Source: Bugula neritina
Lineage: Eukaryota > Animalia > Bryozoa
NCBI GenBank assembly: GCA_964035545.1
Contig: OZ037767.1
Span: 30,830,628-30,894,627, forward strand
Direction of reading: 5' to 3'
Length of the DNA stretch: 64,000 nt
Positions 51,505-64,000 of the stretch are shown here, piece after piece (position 1 is the stretch's first letter; each line of letters starts with the position of its first letter). The position numbers were made by a program, and so were the translations under genes. Below the pieces are notes generated by a model. It saw only the letters and a program-made list of their open reading frames with translations. It was not told where the DNA came from and did not search any database.

Positions 51505-54500
51505 CTAGACGTGATCACCATTAGGAGGAAACGGGTCAGCAGTGTTGGGAGGTGGTAAAGGGAGTAGCGGAGTTTTATTGCGACGTTTCATCTCATTTCT
51601 AACATCATTTGAACCGGGTTTTTCTTTGCTCTTAAATCTGACTGCTTTATTTCTCAAACCTGACTTCTTTTCACCTTTCAGTTTAAGAGACGTCTGCAGA
51701 TTAAACACAAAAAACATACATTTGCTGAAAAATGTCAAAATAATATTCTAAGAACAGTAACAAAATTCATTGTATAAAAAGCAATACATGAGAAACATTT
51801 GTATGTGTGAATGATGCAGCTGTAGCCTGTATGTATATTTGGATAGTGCTTATTTATACCAATAAAATAGTTAAATTGTATACACAATAGGTAAGGCAAA
51901 TGAGTTTAGTGCAGCTTATCATTAATCACAACAGCTGAATGACAAAGTACTGACTAGTAATGGATTAGCCAATTTGTAGCAGCTACGATGAATCAAAGTA
52001 GGGGTTGTCTGCTTTTTGCCCCTGCAAGCTTTTCCCTTGGCCTTCATGGCTAGAATATTTAGTAATACTTTATAGCTTGGAGCGTCTTCAGGACCAGAAT
52101 CACTGTTCTTTACCGCCTGACACACAGCTGATTTTCCTGTCACAGTGTTTGGCTTGTCTGGCAGTGGAGGCAGCACTTTTCCCTGCTGCCAACGTTGTAG
52201 AAGAAACTCATAAAAAGCAAACAGTGGATCTGGTTTCCTATCGAGTACTTTATTTGTTACGTCTCTCTCGGCTAATCCAGTATATGAAGACAAGTATCTA
52301 GTGATGGCATAATTCACCACCAGATTCTGGAAAATATAAACAATGCACACAAAAATCATTTCACGTTACAATGTGCTTAAAACTCACCAGTTAAAGAGGA
52401 AGAATATAGTACATTATAATACAGGTTACCAGGAGATTAGTCGTGATGCAGTAAGCGCTATGTTATGGGTTCGCACCCCGGCAGAACTATTGGTGATATC
52501 AGGAAGCGTATTCAGTCATAAGTACTTCTAAGCTACAAGCTGAAGCTCTAAAACCAAATGTTCCAGCATTATGGTGGGTAAAGCCTTTAGCTCAACTGTT
52601 AAGCCCTCAGGGGTTCTCACAAAATCCCAAGTTTGATAATACAGTGCTCCCTCCACATCTCACTACGCTAAGAGTCCCGAAACCTCAATTTGTGACATAG
52701 TAGAATACCAGATCCAACTCACGAATCCTTTAAATTCAGCTATTTTATCCTTGTATACATAAATACCGGTAAGTCCCAAAATAGGGTCCAAGCCCTTCTC
52801 GTGGCCCGTGGAATGTTGTGGGAAATGGAGGGAGCACCGTATGTTCTAGCAATGATAGGATATTAAAGGGAACACAGTAGCTCACTTGTGCATTACAAGA
52901 TTGAATGTAGATATGGAGTGGTTTGTTCAGTGACTTGCTAAGCCAAGGATGGTATATGAGTTCGGGCAGGGTGAGATACGCCCCGTATTTTTGCTTAATC
53001 AGACGCAGCATCAAATCTTGGCATTCTACAATCACAACTAATATATATCTTGAGGGTGGCGGCAAAACAGCCCCATTCTTTCTTACAAAATATTCAGTGT
53101 CTCAGATTTTTAAAGAAATATATAGCAAGAAACAAGAAACGAACGGTACTGAAATATAATTGCTTCAATTGCAAGGCGAGAAACAGCTGAATGGATGATA
53201 TAAAGAAAAGTAAGCCCAACCTTTTGGAAATCTTTTTATAATTTCTTCTCTAACACTAGCCTGAGGTCTTAGAACAGTGTCTGTGTGGTTATAGACACTC
53301 TCCAAGAGTGAGTACATCACCCAACCTCTACAAACATTGTTTAACTACTAAACATCAATTTATAAAGGATAGGGCAACTTCTATCAACTGTAAACACAGT
53401 TTCAAAGGAGTTACTAATTATATAACATAATTATTTGCTCAAAGGTGAAAAAAGAATGTAAAAAGAATTTTTCAATTGATAAAATGTAATTGGTAATGAA
53501 ATCAATCTATAAAATAGTTTGAACAATGAGCTGTTGAAATTAATGGAGAGCCATGATTGTAAAACTGTAGACAGGTTATAGTGACTTGTACAGCAGTAAT
53601 TCCAGTATTATAATACTACAAGTTCTGTTTTACTGGATGCTGCCTAACTTTACTCACAAGTCTCGGATGTCTTTTCTCTTCTTAGGGTTGGTGATGCCAC
53701 CAGACACTCTACGGCAGCATTCGATACCTGCAGGTACAGGTAAATGTGTATCGTACTCACAGCAACTACACACGAGCACACACATAAATATTCTATATAA
53801 TGCAGAGTATATAATGTAGATTGTAGAATATAGAATGTAGAATATAGAGTGTAAAATATATAATGTAGAATGTAGAATATAGAATGTAAAATATAGAATG
53901 TAAAAAATCTTACCTGATAGTCTAATGTGGTCTACAGAATTGTCAGCAAATATTTTCTTGAGATTGATATTACTACAATATATATTACCACAGTATATAT
54001 TACTACAAGATATATTACTACAGTATATATTACTATAACATATTATATTACCAGTTACTACAATATATATTACTACAGTATATATTACTACAGTATATAT
54101 TACTAGTACAGTATATATTACTATAACATATTATATTACCAGTTACTACAATATATATTACTACCATATATATTATTAGAAAATATATTAACCTAAAATA
54201 ATTTATAGCTAGACAAAAAAACCAACTGTAAATATTTGACCAAAATGATAATTCTAATGATGTCTAATATAGATGCAAAACAACATTTTTATAAAATAAG
54301 AAACAATAAACATTAATTAATAAATACATTAATTACTATACTATAAATAATTACGCTATAAACATATATAAAGAGAAAACAACTACCAACACATACCAGT
54401 GAGCATAGCCCTGTCTATGGAGATACTCTACAGCAGTAACCAGTTGCCTCATTATACCTTTACACTGCATGTGAGTGAACCTAGCAAGTATACAGTATAT

Positions 54501-57500
54501 TATACCTTTACACTGCATGTGAGTGAGCCTAGCAAGTATACAGTATATTATACCTTTACACTGCATGTGAGTGAATCTAGCAAGTATACAGTATATTATA
54601 CCTTTACACTGCATGTGAGTGAGCCTAGCAAGTATACAGTATATTATACCTTTACACTGCATGTGAGTGAGCCTAGCAAGTATACAGTATATTATACCTT
54701 TACACTGCATGTGAGTGAACCTAGTAAGTATACAGTATATTATACCTTTACACTGCATGTGAGTGAACCTAGCAAGTATACAGTATGTTATACCTTTACA
54801 CTGCATGTGAGTGAGTCTAGTAAGTATACAGTATATTATACCTTTACACTGCATGTGAGTGAACCTACCAAGTATACAGTATATTATACCTTTACACTGC
54901 ATGTGAGTGAGCCTACCAAGTATACAGTATATTATACCTTTACACTGCATGTGAGTGAACCTAGCAAGTACACAGTATATTATACCTTTACACTGCATGT
55001 GAGTGAGTCTAGTAAGTATACAGTATATTATACCTTTACACTGCATGTGAGTGAACCTACCAAGTATACAGTATATTATACCTTTACACTGCATGTGAGT
55101 GAGCCTATCAAGTATACAGTATATTATACCTTTACACTGCATGTGAGTGAACCTAGCAAGTACACAGTATATTATACCTTTACACTGCATGTGAGTGAGT
55201 CTAGTAAGTATACAGTATATTATACCTTTACACTGCATGTGAGTGAACCTACCAAGTATACAGTATATTATACCTTTACACTGCATGTGAGTGAGCCTAC
55301 CAAGTATACAGTATATTATACCTTTACACTGCATGTGAGTGAACCTAGCAAGTACACAGTATATTATACCTTTACACTGCATGTGAGTGAACCTAGTAAG
55401 TACACAGTATATTATACCTTTACACTGCATGTGAGTGAATCTAGTAAGTATACAGTATATTATACCTTTACACTGCATGTGAGTGAACCTAGTAAGTATA
55501 CAGTATATTATACCTTTACACTGCATGTGAGTGAGCCTACCAAGTATACAGTATATTATACCTTTACACTGCATGTGAGTGAACCTAGCAAGTACACAGT
55601 ATATTATACCTTTACACTGCATGTGAGTGAATCTAGTAAGTATACAGTATATTATACCTTTACACTGCATGTGAGTGAACCTAGCAAGTATACAGTATAT
55701 TATACCTTTACACTGCATGTGAGTGAACCTAGTAAGTATACAGTATATTATACCTTTACACTGCATGTGAGTGAACCTAGTAAGTATACAGTATATTATA
55801 CCTTTACACTGCATGTGAGTGAACCTAGTAAGTATACAGTATATTATACCTTTACACTGCACGTGAGTGAACCTAGTAAGTACACAGTATATTATACCTT
55901 TACACTGCATGTGAGTGAGCCTAGTAAGTACACAGTATATTATACCTTTACACTGCATGTGAGTGAACCTACCAAGTACACAGTATATTATACCTTTACA
56001 CTGCATGTGAGTGAACCTAGCAAGTACACAGTAAATTTGGTGCAAATGAAAAAAAAAGATTGAATAAAAAGCATAATAAAATTACACGGACTTGGCAAGG
56101 CTTGCTGAGAATTCACTTTAATGAATCAAAAGGTGAGAATATTAGTTTCATTTTGATCAAGAATATCTCAGTGGTAGTGAGAAGTATCATAATGTAAACA
56201 GGTTGAGTTCAGGATATCTCATATGTCTCAGTGTCTACCAACAGAGTCTGGTTACAATCTTGTCTTAATTGAATTGTGTTCAGTAACTCTTCCATAGAAT
56301 GGATACTTGACTATAGATAAAGTACCTGACTATAGACAAAGTCAATGACGGAATAAAATAGTCAGACTAAACAGTGAACATGAAGAAAACACTAATAGCT
56401 AATTATATGTATTGTATATAGCATTGATTTCTCTAATAGAACATAATATAAAGCTCAACTGGAGGACAGTGTAGGCTGAATAGAGGTAGTTGAACCAACA
56501 TGAGGTCATTGACCAGTGAGACTATAAATTAGTCAGGGGAATAGTTTCACACAGCATGCTGAAGTAGGGGCCTCCGGCAAGAGCTCCCAAGGTCAAATAT
56601 AATTATATAGAACTTAGCTCCTAGGCATTTTGTACATCCAAACTAAACAGTGGGTTCAAAAGTGTGTAAAACAAAGAATAAAAAACTACTTGTAGCGCAA
56701 TTGCTGAAAATCATAGCCTAAACTTTTTAATTCAGCCTTCTCTCTGTTAGTGGTAGTGTTGGTATTAAGACTGATCTACGCCAAACCCCAAACCACCACA
56801 TTGCTGTAGGTTGCATATACTGTATACACTTACTTGTACCCACCACATTGCTGTAGGTTAAACTTACTTGTACCCACCACATTGCTGTAGGTTACACTTA
56901 CTTGTACCCACCACATTGCTGTAGGTTACACTCACTTGTACCCACCACATTGCTGTAGGTTACACTCACTTGTACCCACCACATTGCTGTAGGTTACACT
57001 CACTTGTACCCACCACATTGCTGTAGGTTACACTCACTTGTACCCACCACATTGCTGTAGGTTACACTCACTTGTACCCACCACATTGCTGTAGGCTACA
57101 CTTACTTGTATCCACCACATTGCTGTAGGTTACACTCACTTGTATCCACGTTTGATGTAGTCAAATATTGACCCTGAGGTGAGGTCATACACAAGCAGTG
57201 TATAGTCTTGGTAATAGACAATGTCGTATAGTCTGAGAACATGGCTATGATGAATCTTTGCGTGCATATAGCACAACCTGTTTATATCTACATCATTCTC
57301 ATACACAGCCATTGTTACCTGCAAGATAACACTCTACACTAACTGGTACACCCATGCAATCTGGTAAATTGGAAAACTAACCATATATGAACCGAAAATT
57401 AGGTATCGGCTTTCCCAAAATACACATTATTTTATTAGCTCATGGAAATTACATCTCTATACCCAAGTAATTTGTAACAAATTTGTGGTAAATCCATGAT

Positions 57501-57859
57501 ACAATCATAGCTTGAAACATGATCCACATGTAAAAGTTCATAACAACACAACTAAGCTATGTACAACCATTTTTTTAAAGAAAATATTTTTCAAACAGAT
57601 TTTACCAAACTTCATGCTATTCCAATGCAATTGATTATAGTAAAATGTTGAAAACTTAGTAACAACTCAAACATTAATTTAACAAGTAGCTAGGAAATGT
57701 AGATTAGAGCTGTTCATATAGACTAAAACCATGGTCATGTCAAGATAGCTACAGCAAAGGCGTTACCTTCTTCCTCGTAGGTATATGTTTGGCGTGCAAC
57801 ACTATATTCCCCAGACTACAAAATATGCCTCGGCATACTTCATAGTTTTGTATCTGCAT
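51505..57859 (-). CDS. CAMK/AMPK-related (HUNK/MARK-like) pseudokinase with UBA-like segment, ~377-392 aa; exons 57859-57767, 57318-57140, 54480-54397, 53972-53914, 53727-53658, 53327-53221, 53025-52886, 52326-(52114 or 52069), 51693-51505
   Basis: Nine exons join in phase: HIPTRKKVTMAVY, HSHVLRLYDIV, IMRQLVTAVEYLHRQGYAHCNIN, HIRLSGIE, DIRDLGWVMYSLL, ECQDLMLRLI...HPWL, then a UBA-like segment VLDRKPDPLFAFYEFLL. Confidence 0.82.
53966..54180. repeat. ~15-bp degenerate tandem repeat (TATATTACTACAGTA) overlapping a pseudokinase splice acceptor
   Basis: Minus-strand unit TACTGTAG|TAATATA reproduces the acceptor of exon 53972-53914. Confidence 0.75.
54451..56032. repeat. 48-bp minisatellite, ~33 units, each containing the acceptor and exon start of pseudokinase exon 54480-54397
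   Basis: Period 48 (five units per 240 bp); open reading frame on both strands, giving 16-aa repeats. Confidence 0.95.
56793..57139. repeat. 34-bp minisatellite, ~9-10 units, each containing the donor of pseudokinase exon 57318-57140
   Basis: Minus-strand unit GTGG(G/A)TACAA|GT(G/A)AGTGTAACCTACAGCAATGTG. Confidence 0.92.
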
Positions 57860-58134
57860 TCTTTCAGCTGTGCCTAGATGCTCTTGTGATTCAGAGATAA
57901 AATTCACATTTCTGAAAATATCCCGGTACTTCGCCTTACTAATGTATATCTTGATTTTTAGTTAATGAAAGACATGAAACATTTGAGATTACAGAGCAAC
58001 TTACTTGAGGAAATCTTCCCACATTTTCTTACATTAAAATAAAGAACCTGAAAAAGATTACCAAATATAGAAACAGGTATTGAAGAAATCACAAAAACTT
58101 TAATTCCTTGCAGTGTATGAAAAGCACCATTTAA

Positions 58135-61100
58135 AGGAGATAGGAATCCAAGCTATTTATTGCATTGAATAAGTTAAAAACACATATTTCAACTAATCTC
58201 TCAGCTTTTTATACAATTTATTATTCAAGAACACTAAAAAAATACTTCTGAATGTTGGCATTTTAGCAACTTTAGACATGCCCGGACTTGCCCGCTAGCG
58301 CAGCTCGGTGACGTGCGGCGGCTGAGAAAGCTCTTTTGTAGCGTGAGTTTATAGCGCATAAAGTTGTTGAGTAGCGGGTTTGTCGCAGATTCGTGTTATT
58401 CGTAGCTCAAATCATATAAATGTTGCTCTTCGGGTGCTACTAATAACCAACGTTAATTATTGAACACTGCAAATGATAATCAACTTAGCTAATTTCAAAT
58501 GAACTATTCCATTTCGCTGGTTTCTACCTTCTGCAAATTGCCAGTAGATATCGATCCTCTGCAAAAATAATTAGTCTTCAATATTTTAATTTATAATACA
58601 TTACCATGTCGACCACACTACAGGTTATTGGTTGTAACGGTGAATCCTAGTTTTAAAATTTAGAACCCTATCACCAATGACTGAAGCCGCAGGTGAAACT
58701 GAATTAAATTTATTACCACTAAATCTAATCATTATAAATCATTATGATTATGATTAATAATAATATTAATATTATTATTATGACATTGACTAGTCCCTAT
58801 CACTATGGCTATAAGCTATAACTATAAGTATATCAGCATGACTATGAGTGAATATGAGTATTACTATTACTATTAGTATTACTATTAGTACTAGTACAAG
58901 TACTAGTAAACGTAGATTCAGATTGTTGAACTAATACTGATACTATTACTAGTAGTAGTAAAAAACTCTAGTAACTGACTATAGTATAAGTATTATTATT
59001 AATTATGAGTAATAGTAATAATAATACAGATACTACTAATATTAATAATTGTAATTCAAATTGTAACTATTACTATTAGTATAAGTATTATTTATAGTAT
59101 GAACTTGTATTAGTATTACTATTATAATTAGTATTAATCCTAGTTTCTACGAACTATATATTCGATACTAATATTTATACTAATAGTAATAGTAATAGCT
59201 AATATCAATAGTATTACTTAGACTAGCAGTACTACGTCTACTAGTGATATTTATTATTTTGTTTTCGTAGTGTTTCAAATTTAAGTTGATATGGTCATTA
59301 AATTAACTAAAAAACTAGCCAAATATTTTGTATCAGTTGCAATAATTTGCTATAAAGCCAGTTAATTGTATAGCCATGCTGATGCTCAGACTATATCTAA
59401 TTGATACCATGATGATATTTATAATTTACTGTACAAAAGTAGCTAAAATTAACAAAGATTTTAACTTACCAACACACTGTGAGCAGAACATGTAAATGCA
59501 ATAATAGTACATTAATTGGTGATGGCAGCGCATTCATAGCTTGATAAACTTTGAACTAAACAACCAAAATACTGTAGTTTTGTGCTGGATTACATAACAA
59601 AAATATTATTTCTAATACTTGTTTATTAGTTTCATTGTGAACTGACTTATTAAAGTATCAAGTTGATGTATATTCTATTCATAAAATTAAGCAATCAAAT
59701 AAAGTTTTTAATTTATAGGTTATACAATTATCATTACAACAACACGTTACTAAACATGTGGTTCAACTTTGTAAAGTAAAGCTGAAAAAAATAAATACAA
59801 TTATGTGATTTATGTAATGGTATGTTAATTTCTAATGAGTTGAATAATATTCTAGTGCAGTGAAATAGATCTTTCTTTGGCTTACTGGTTAAGGTTATGT
59901 ATTTTAGGCTAGCATTCCACCAGTAGAATGGTGTGAGGAGCTAAGGAGCAGTCCGGTTGCTGCTAGAGCTGTGAAGAGGTACTTACAAAGCTTGATTCTA
60001 ATAACTTATCACCCTGTGTATTTGAACTGACGCCACATTCAACAGTTGTATATGCTACCAAGGTTAGCTTACATTTAATTCTTACACTTATTCGTATATC
60101 AACCTTCAATATATAGTTTGATTTCTGCTGTAAGTTTGCATAAAGAGCATAAACATAGCCAAACATGAGTTACGATATAGTATTTTTGAGTATATTTACC
60201 AAGATGAGTAATTTTGCTAATACATTCAATGTAAAATAAATTAATAATTGTTTTTGTTACAGATGATTCATTCGATAACACAAGGCAATACAAGAAGGTT
60301 TTGCAGTTATAGAGCATTAGTTTTCTGGCTGTTCTCAACTCTTCATAGAGGACAAAGAAAACAACTGCCAGCTTGCCTGTATAACGGGGTGCAAGCTTCT
60401 TCCACCTACAGATGATCATGAACAATTAGCTGATTGGAAATTTTTTAAGTTTGTTTACAATGAAGATCGATTATAGGACATTATTTTTTATGAAAAGATT
60501 GTCAAGTTTTTTTGTAATTTTAAAAATAGTTTTAGTTTCAATAAATCAGTTTAGCATTATAGACAATCATTGCACAAGCATTTTAATCTTAACTATGTAC
60601 AAAATTATCTAATTGACTGAAAACAAAATAAAACTATGTTTCAGATAGCAATAAACTGACCATCAATACTAAAATGAGTTGGAGATGTAGAACATATAGT
60701 GTTGAGATAGTTTTTCTCTGCTGTTTGAACCTTCTACTTCTAAACACTAAATTGAACAAACATATTAAGTAAATATGTGACAGCTAGCAAACAATAATAA
60801 TGTGAAATTAGTTGATATAAGGCAATATTAACCTGCTTTGTGTGATTGATGTTTTATCTAATTATTTTTGTGGCCTTTTAACCTATAGGTCTGTATAATA
60901 ATTACTATATTAACTAACTAATTGCTAAGACATTTCAGACCAGTCCTTTATTTAAATAAAACAATAGAGTAGGCTATAGAATATTTTATAAAATTGAAAA
61001 AAAACATACTTTTATTGAGTAAAACACTTGCCATTTTTTCATGATACCGCTACTGCTAACAAAAGAAACTTATATAAATACAGCTCCATCATTCTGTGGT

Positions 61101-62750
61101 CCTGCTGGTGTAAGAACATTTGTGGCAGGGAGTGTAAGCTGAGCTGCAACATAGAAGGTACAGCAACATGATATGTTGTAGTTGTAATCTATTCAGCACA
61201 TGATATGCAGCATAAAAATTCCTTTGGAAAATAATTAAAAAGATGCTTCACAAGCAATGATAAAAGCAATATTATCACACCTTTTAGAATGATTAGTATT
61301 GTTAGTAATTATGTATTCTTATCAAAATGTGTTTAATTTATGCTACAATGTTATTACTGCCAAAGGTTACGAAGTCCACCAGCCATATTTATGAAAAACT
61401 TTTAGTTTTACATGCAAAAATTAAACTTATTAAACATCATTCAAAACTAATAATCATAATGAGCTGCTAAATTTTAGCAGTACAAGTTAGTTATTCTGAG
61501 GAATGACTAAAATAAGGGTCACTTAGATGAATTTAACTCTAACTTAGTTAGTAACTATAATTACCTTTTAATATATACTATGAGTATGATAGCACTATAT
61601 CTCAAGTTAAAAATTTGTTATAAATATAATGGTTAGTATAAATTATAATTATAATGAAATAATTTTATAATTATTCATATTTAATTTCAATTTTTAAGGC
61701 CAGCAGTCAAGTTTAAAATTATTACATCTGATTGAATTTCATACTATAAGTATAACTATGAGTATAACTATAAGTATAACTGTATAAGCATAACTTAACT
61801 GTAAGTATAACTAACATAAACATATGATTATCAAATATCATTATCATTATGATTATAAATATAATAAATGCTTAACTTAGAACTCTAAGTCTACAAAGTA
61901 TTACTATTAGCATCACCAACAGTATGACTCTATGTCTAAGAGTAATAGTATAATATAGCTATGTTAATCATAAAGAATAAAGATATTCATATTGATAATC
62001 ATAATCTAAATCATAATGTAAAACTAAATGTTATACTGATACTTAACTTATACCTACTTATACTTATAGTTATTGTTTTAGTTCAACTGTTTAAGTAATA
62101 CTTATTGTAACTAATTAGATATTAGTTCAACTGAAAGCGATATAAATTTAAACAAAATTCAACTCAATAACTTACGATCAATATGCTTGCAACATTTTCT
62201 TTTATTGCAATTTTGATTGCTTCGGGTCACTTCAGTTACTTTTAGTACTAGAACATTATTATACGAAGTATTGTGATAAAATAAATAATACTGACCTTGA
62301 CATTTTCATCCAAGTGTATTTAGCGTCAAGCCCCGAACCAATTAGGAAATATTTTGGATTTTTTACTTTTGATTATTTTTTAAGAAAAGAGCTTCAAAAT
62401 AAATTAAAAAAAAATTGAGTTGTTGTTCACATTGAAGAAAATATGTGATCTAATTTTCTAAGCCCAGAAAGTTACTAGAGAGCCACAATATTATTTTAAA
62501 AAAATCTTTATCTTCTCGCAGATCTCTATATATTGGTATAGAGAAATGAGGGGTAACTCCGACTTAAATTTTTCTTCTCTCAGCCGCCGCACGTCATTAT
62601 CGGTACTATTAACATATATACTTCAATTAACTTTTTTGGTGTATTAGGCTTAGAATTTTTTTTACAAATCTTTCAGATGCAACTAACAAAACATGTTCTT
62701 TTACTTAAAAGTGATTGATTATTTCAAAATAACATGGATTCCTAGAATGT
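58135..62750. mobile_element. 4.6-kb degenerate Kolobok-like DNA transposon flanked by TTAA
   Basis: TTAA at 58131-58134 and 62751-62754; TAGGAATCCA inverted 6 nt inside each end; a perfect 19-bp inverted TGACGTGCGGCGGCTGAGA near both ends; internal KolX/P2X7-ballast-like remnant. Confidence 0.75.
60263..60476 (+). pseudogene. Frameshifted KolX / P2X7 ballast-domain-like remnant inside the TTAA element
   Basis: NTRRFCSYRALVFWLFSTLHRGQRKQLPACLY, then a frameshift into LPPTDDHEQLADWKFF; fits the R..aYR....W....L....R..lPsC......fP pattern as I recall it. Confidence 0.6.
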
Positions 62751-63252
62751 TTAATAGTGAGATGAGGAATAGAAAACTTACCACATAGACTATCTAAGAT
62801 GCAGAACTGAGAAAAACAGTAAAGAAACAGAAGCAAAGTCCCAAACATTCAACTGCATGCAAGACTACGTAATAAATACTTTATCCTATAAGTAATCAAT
62901 ATCATGCCATAACATCTACTCCCACCTTCAACTCTCTTATACATCATGCTAAGTTCCAGGTTTAAAATACAAGTAATTACCAGGTACAGAGGCTATGTAT
63001 TGTCGGAGGGCAGAGGGTTAAGTTATGACTTTCTTTGTAGCATTTGATGTGATACGACGTGTTTCCCACCGTATGGTCATGTGACCTTGAAGCCAACTAA
63101 TGTAATCAGTGTATGCGATTAGCCAGGAAGTAGCTTGTTAGGAGTTTATGAAATATAAATTAGCCAGACTCCGAATATATACTTGTATGACAGTCCACTG
63201 CCCAGCTATATAAAGTGTAGTTAATAGAAAATATATAACCCCTTATAGGGTA

Positions 63253-63460
<208 letters not shown>

Positions 63461-63763
63461 ACGTGTATTAAAAAGAATTATTATGGTAGCACCTAAAAAG
63501 ACGTCAATGAGTCAATGAATCCGTATTAAATTTATTATTTTGGTTAAAGTGAAAACATGTTAACTGTTAAAATGCAATAATTTAATTTAAATTCCATCTA
63601 CAAATATAAACAATTGAGTTAATAATAAACTACACCATATTGCGTATCAAATTGATGAAAGGAATGAATACTACTACCCCAAGCAGCCAATAAACAGACA
63701 GTAAACAAGAGCTTGACCAATTGCCTAACTGTACACAATTGTGACTTGCCAGTTTGTTATAAA

Positions 63764-64000
63764 CTATTGCACTTGACATTCATTTCGGCATAGGGGGCAT
63801 GCTAATGGATTTTTAGCTAGTAAGTTAATTAGTGCTTTCTGCAGATCACCCCCTGTCTGCGCTAGTTCTTGCTCCGCCTGTTGTCGACTAAACCCGTTGG
63901 ATATTAACGTCTGCACAAGGTGTTCTGGGTAAATGGGAGTTGGTCCTCGGGAGGAAGTAGATTGTGCAGCAGACGTTGAGGGTGCTGAGGTTGCCGGAGG
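63764..64000 (-). CDS. 3' end of a gene with a C-terminal UBA domain after a S/T/P/A linker (possibly DDI1-like), 5'-partial
   Basis: Frame open from the window edge: PPATSAPSTSAAQST...YPEHLVQTLISNGFSRQQAEQELAQTGGDLQKALINLL, a typical UBA L..xGF......aL....GD...A...LL pattern. Confidence 0.7.
   Translation of the reverse strand, partial: PPATSAPSTSAAQSTSSRGPTPIYPEHLVQTLISNGFSRQQAEQELAQTGGDLQKALINLLAKNPLACPLCRNECQVQ

Noticed and set aside
52425-52520. tRNA/SINE-like B-box (GGTTCGCACCCC)
   Set aside because: No cloverleaf, clear A-box, TSD or second copy in the window.
54399-56063. 554-aa + strand repeat ORF (YTFTLHVSEPSKYTVY)n
   Set aside because: By-product of a stop-free 48-bp minisatellite; the unit derives from the minus-strand kinase exon boundary.
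54451-57139. CRISPR-like appearance of the 48-bp and 34-bp arrays
   Set aside because: No unique spacers, no cas genes, eukaryotic context.

Overview
AT-rich, intron-containing animal (invertebrate-type) genomic DNA; the species cannot be determined from sequence alone. 1-45 kb is a head-to-tail + strand array of six ~7-kb paralogous TRIM-type genes: RING-HC, B-box1, B-box2, coiled coil and a six-bladed NHL-like beta-propeller, 8 coding exons, ~605 aa. Copy 1 is cut by the window edge and copy 2 is frameshifted. The N-terminal halves are nearly identical. The propeller differs almost only in two short loops per blade, predicted to lie on one face, and loop variants are shuffled between copies. 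Each complete copy has an ETS-like + NF-kB-like site pair upstream of a non-coding first exon. Together this suggests a diversified, inducible intracellular recognition/ubiquitin-ligase family (inference). The array carries four copy-specific insertions with target-site duplications: a solo-LTR-like element, a 3.1-kb TIR element, a CAC...GTG MITE and a decayed hAT with nested elements. 45-64 kb holds a + strand gene with two coding exons for a disordered protein with an RVxF motif; a - strand CAMK/AMPK-related pseudokinase with three splice sites amplified into tandem arrays (one in-frame, 33 x 48 bp); a 4.6-kb TTAA-flanked Kolobok-like element; (TG)102; and the 3' end of a UBA-domain gene. 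All exon structures were hand-spliced from GT/AG sites and phase continuity, without transcript evidence.
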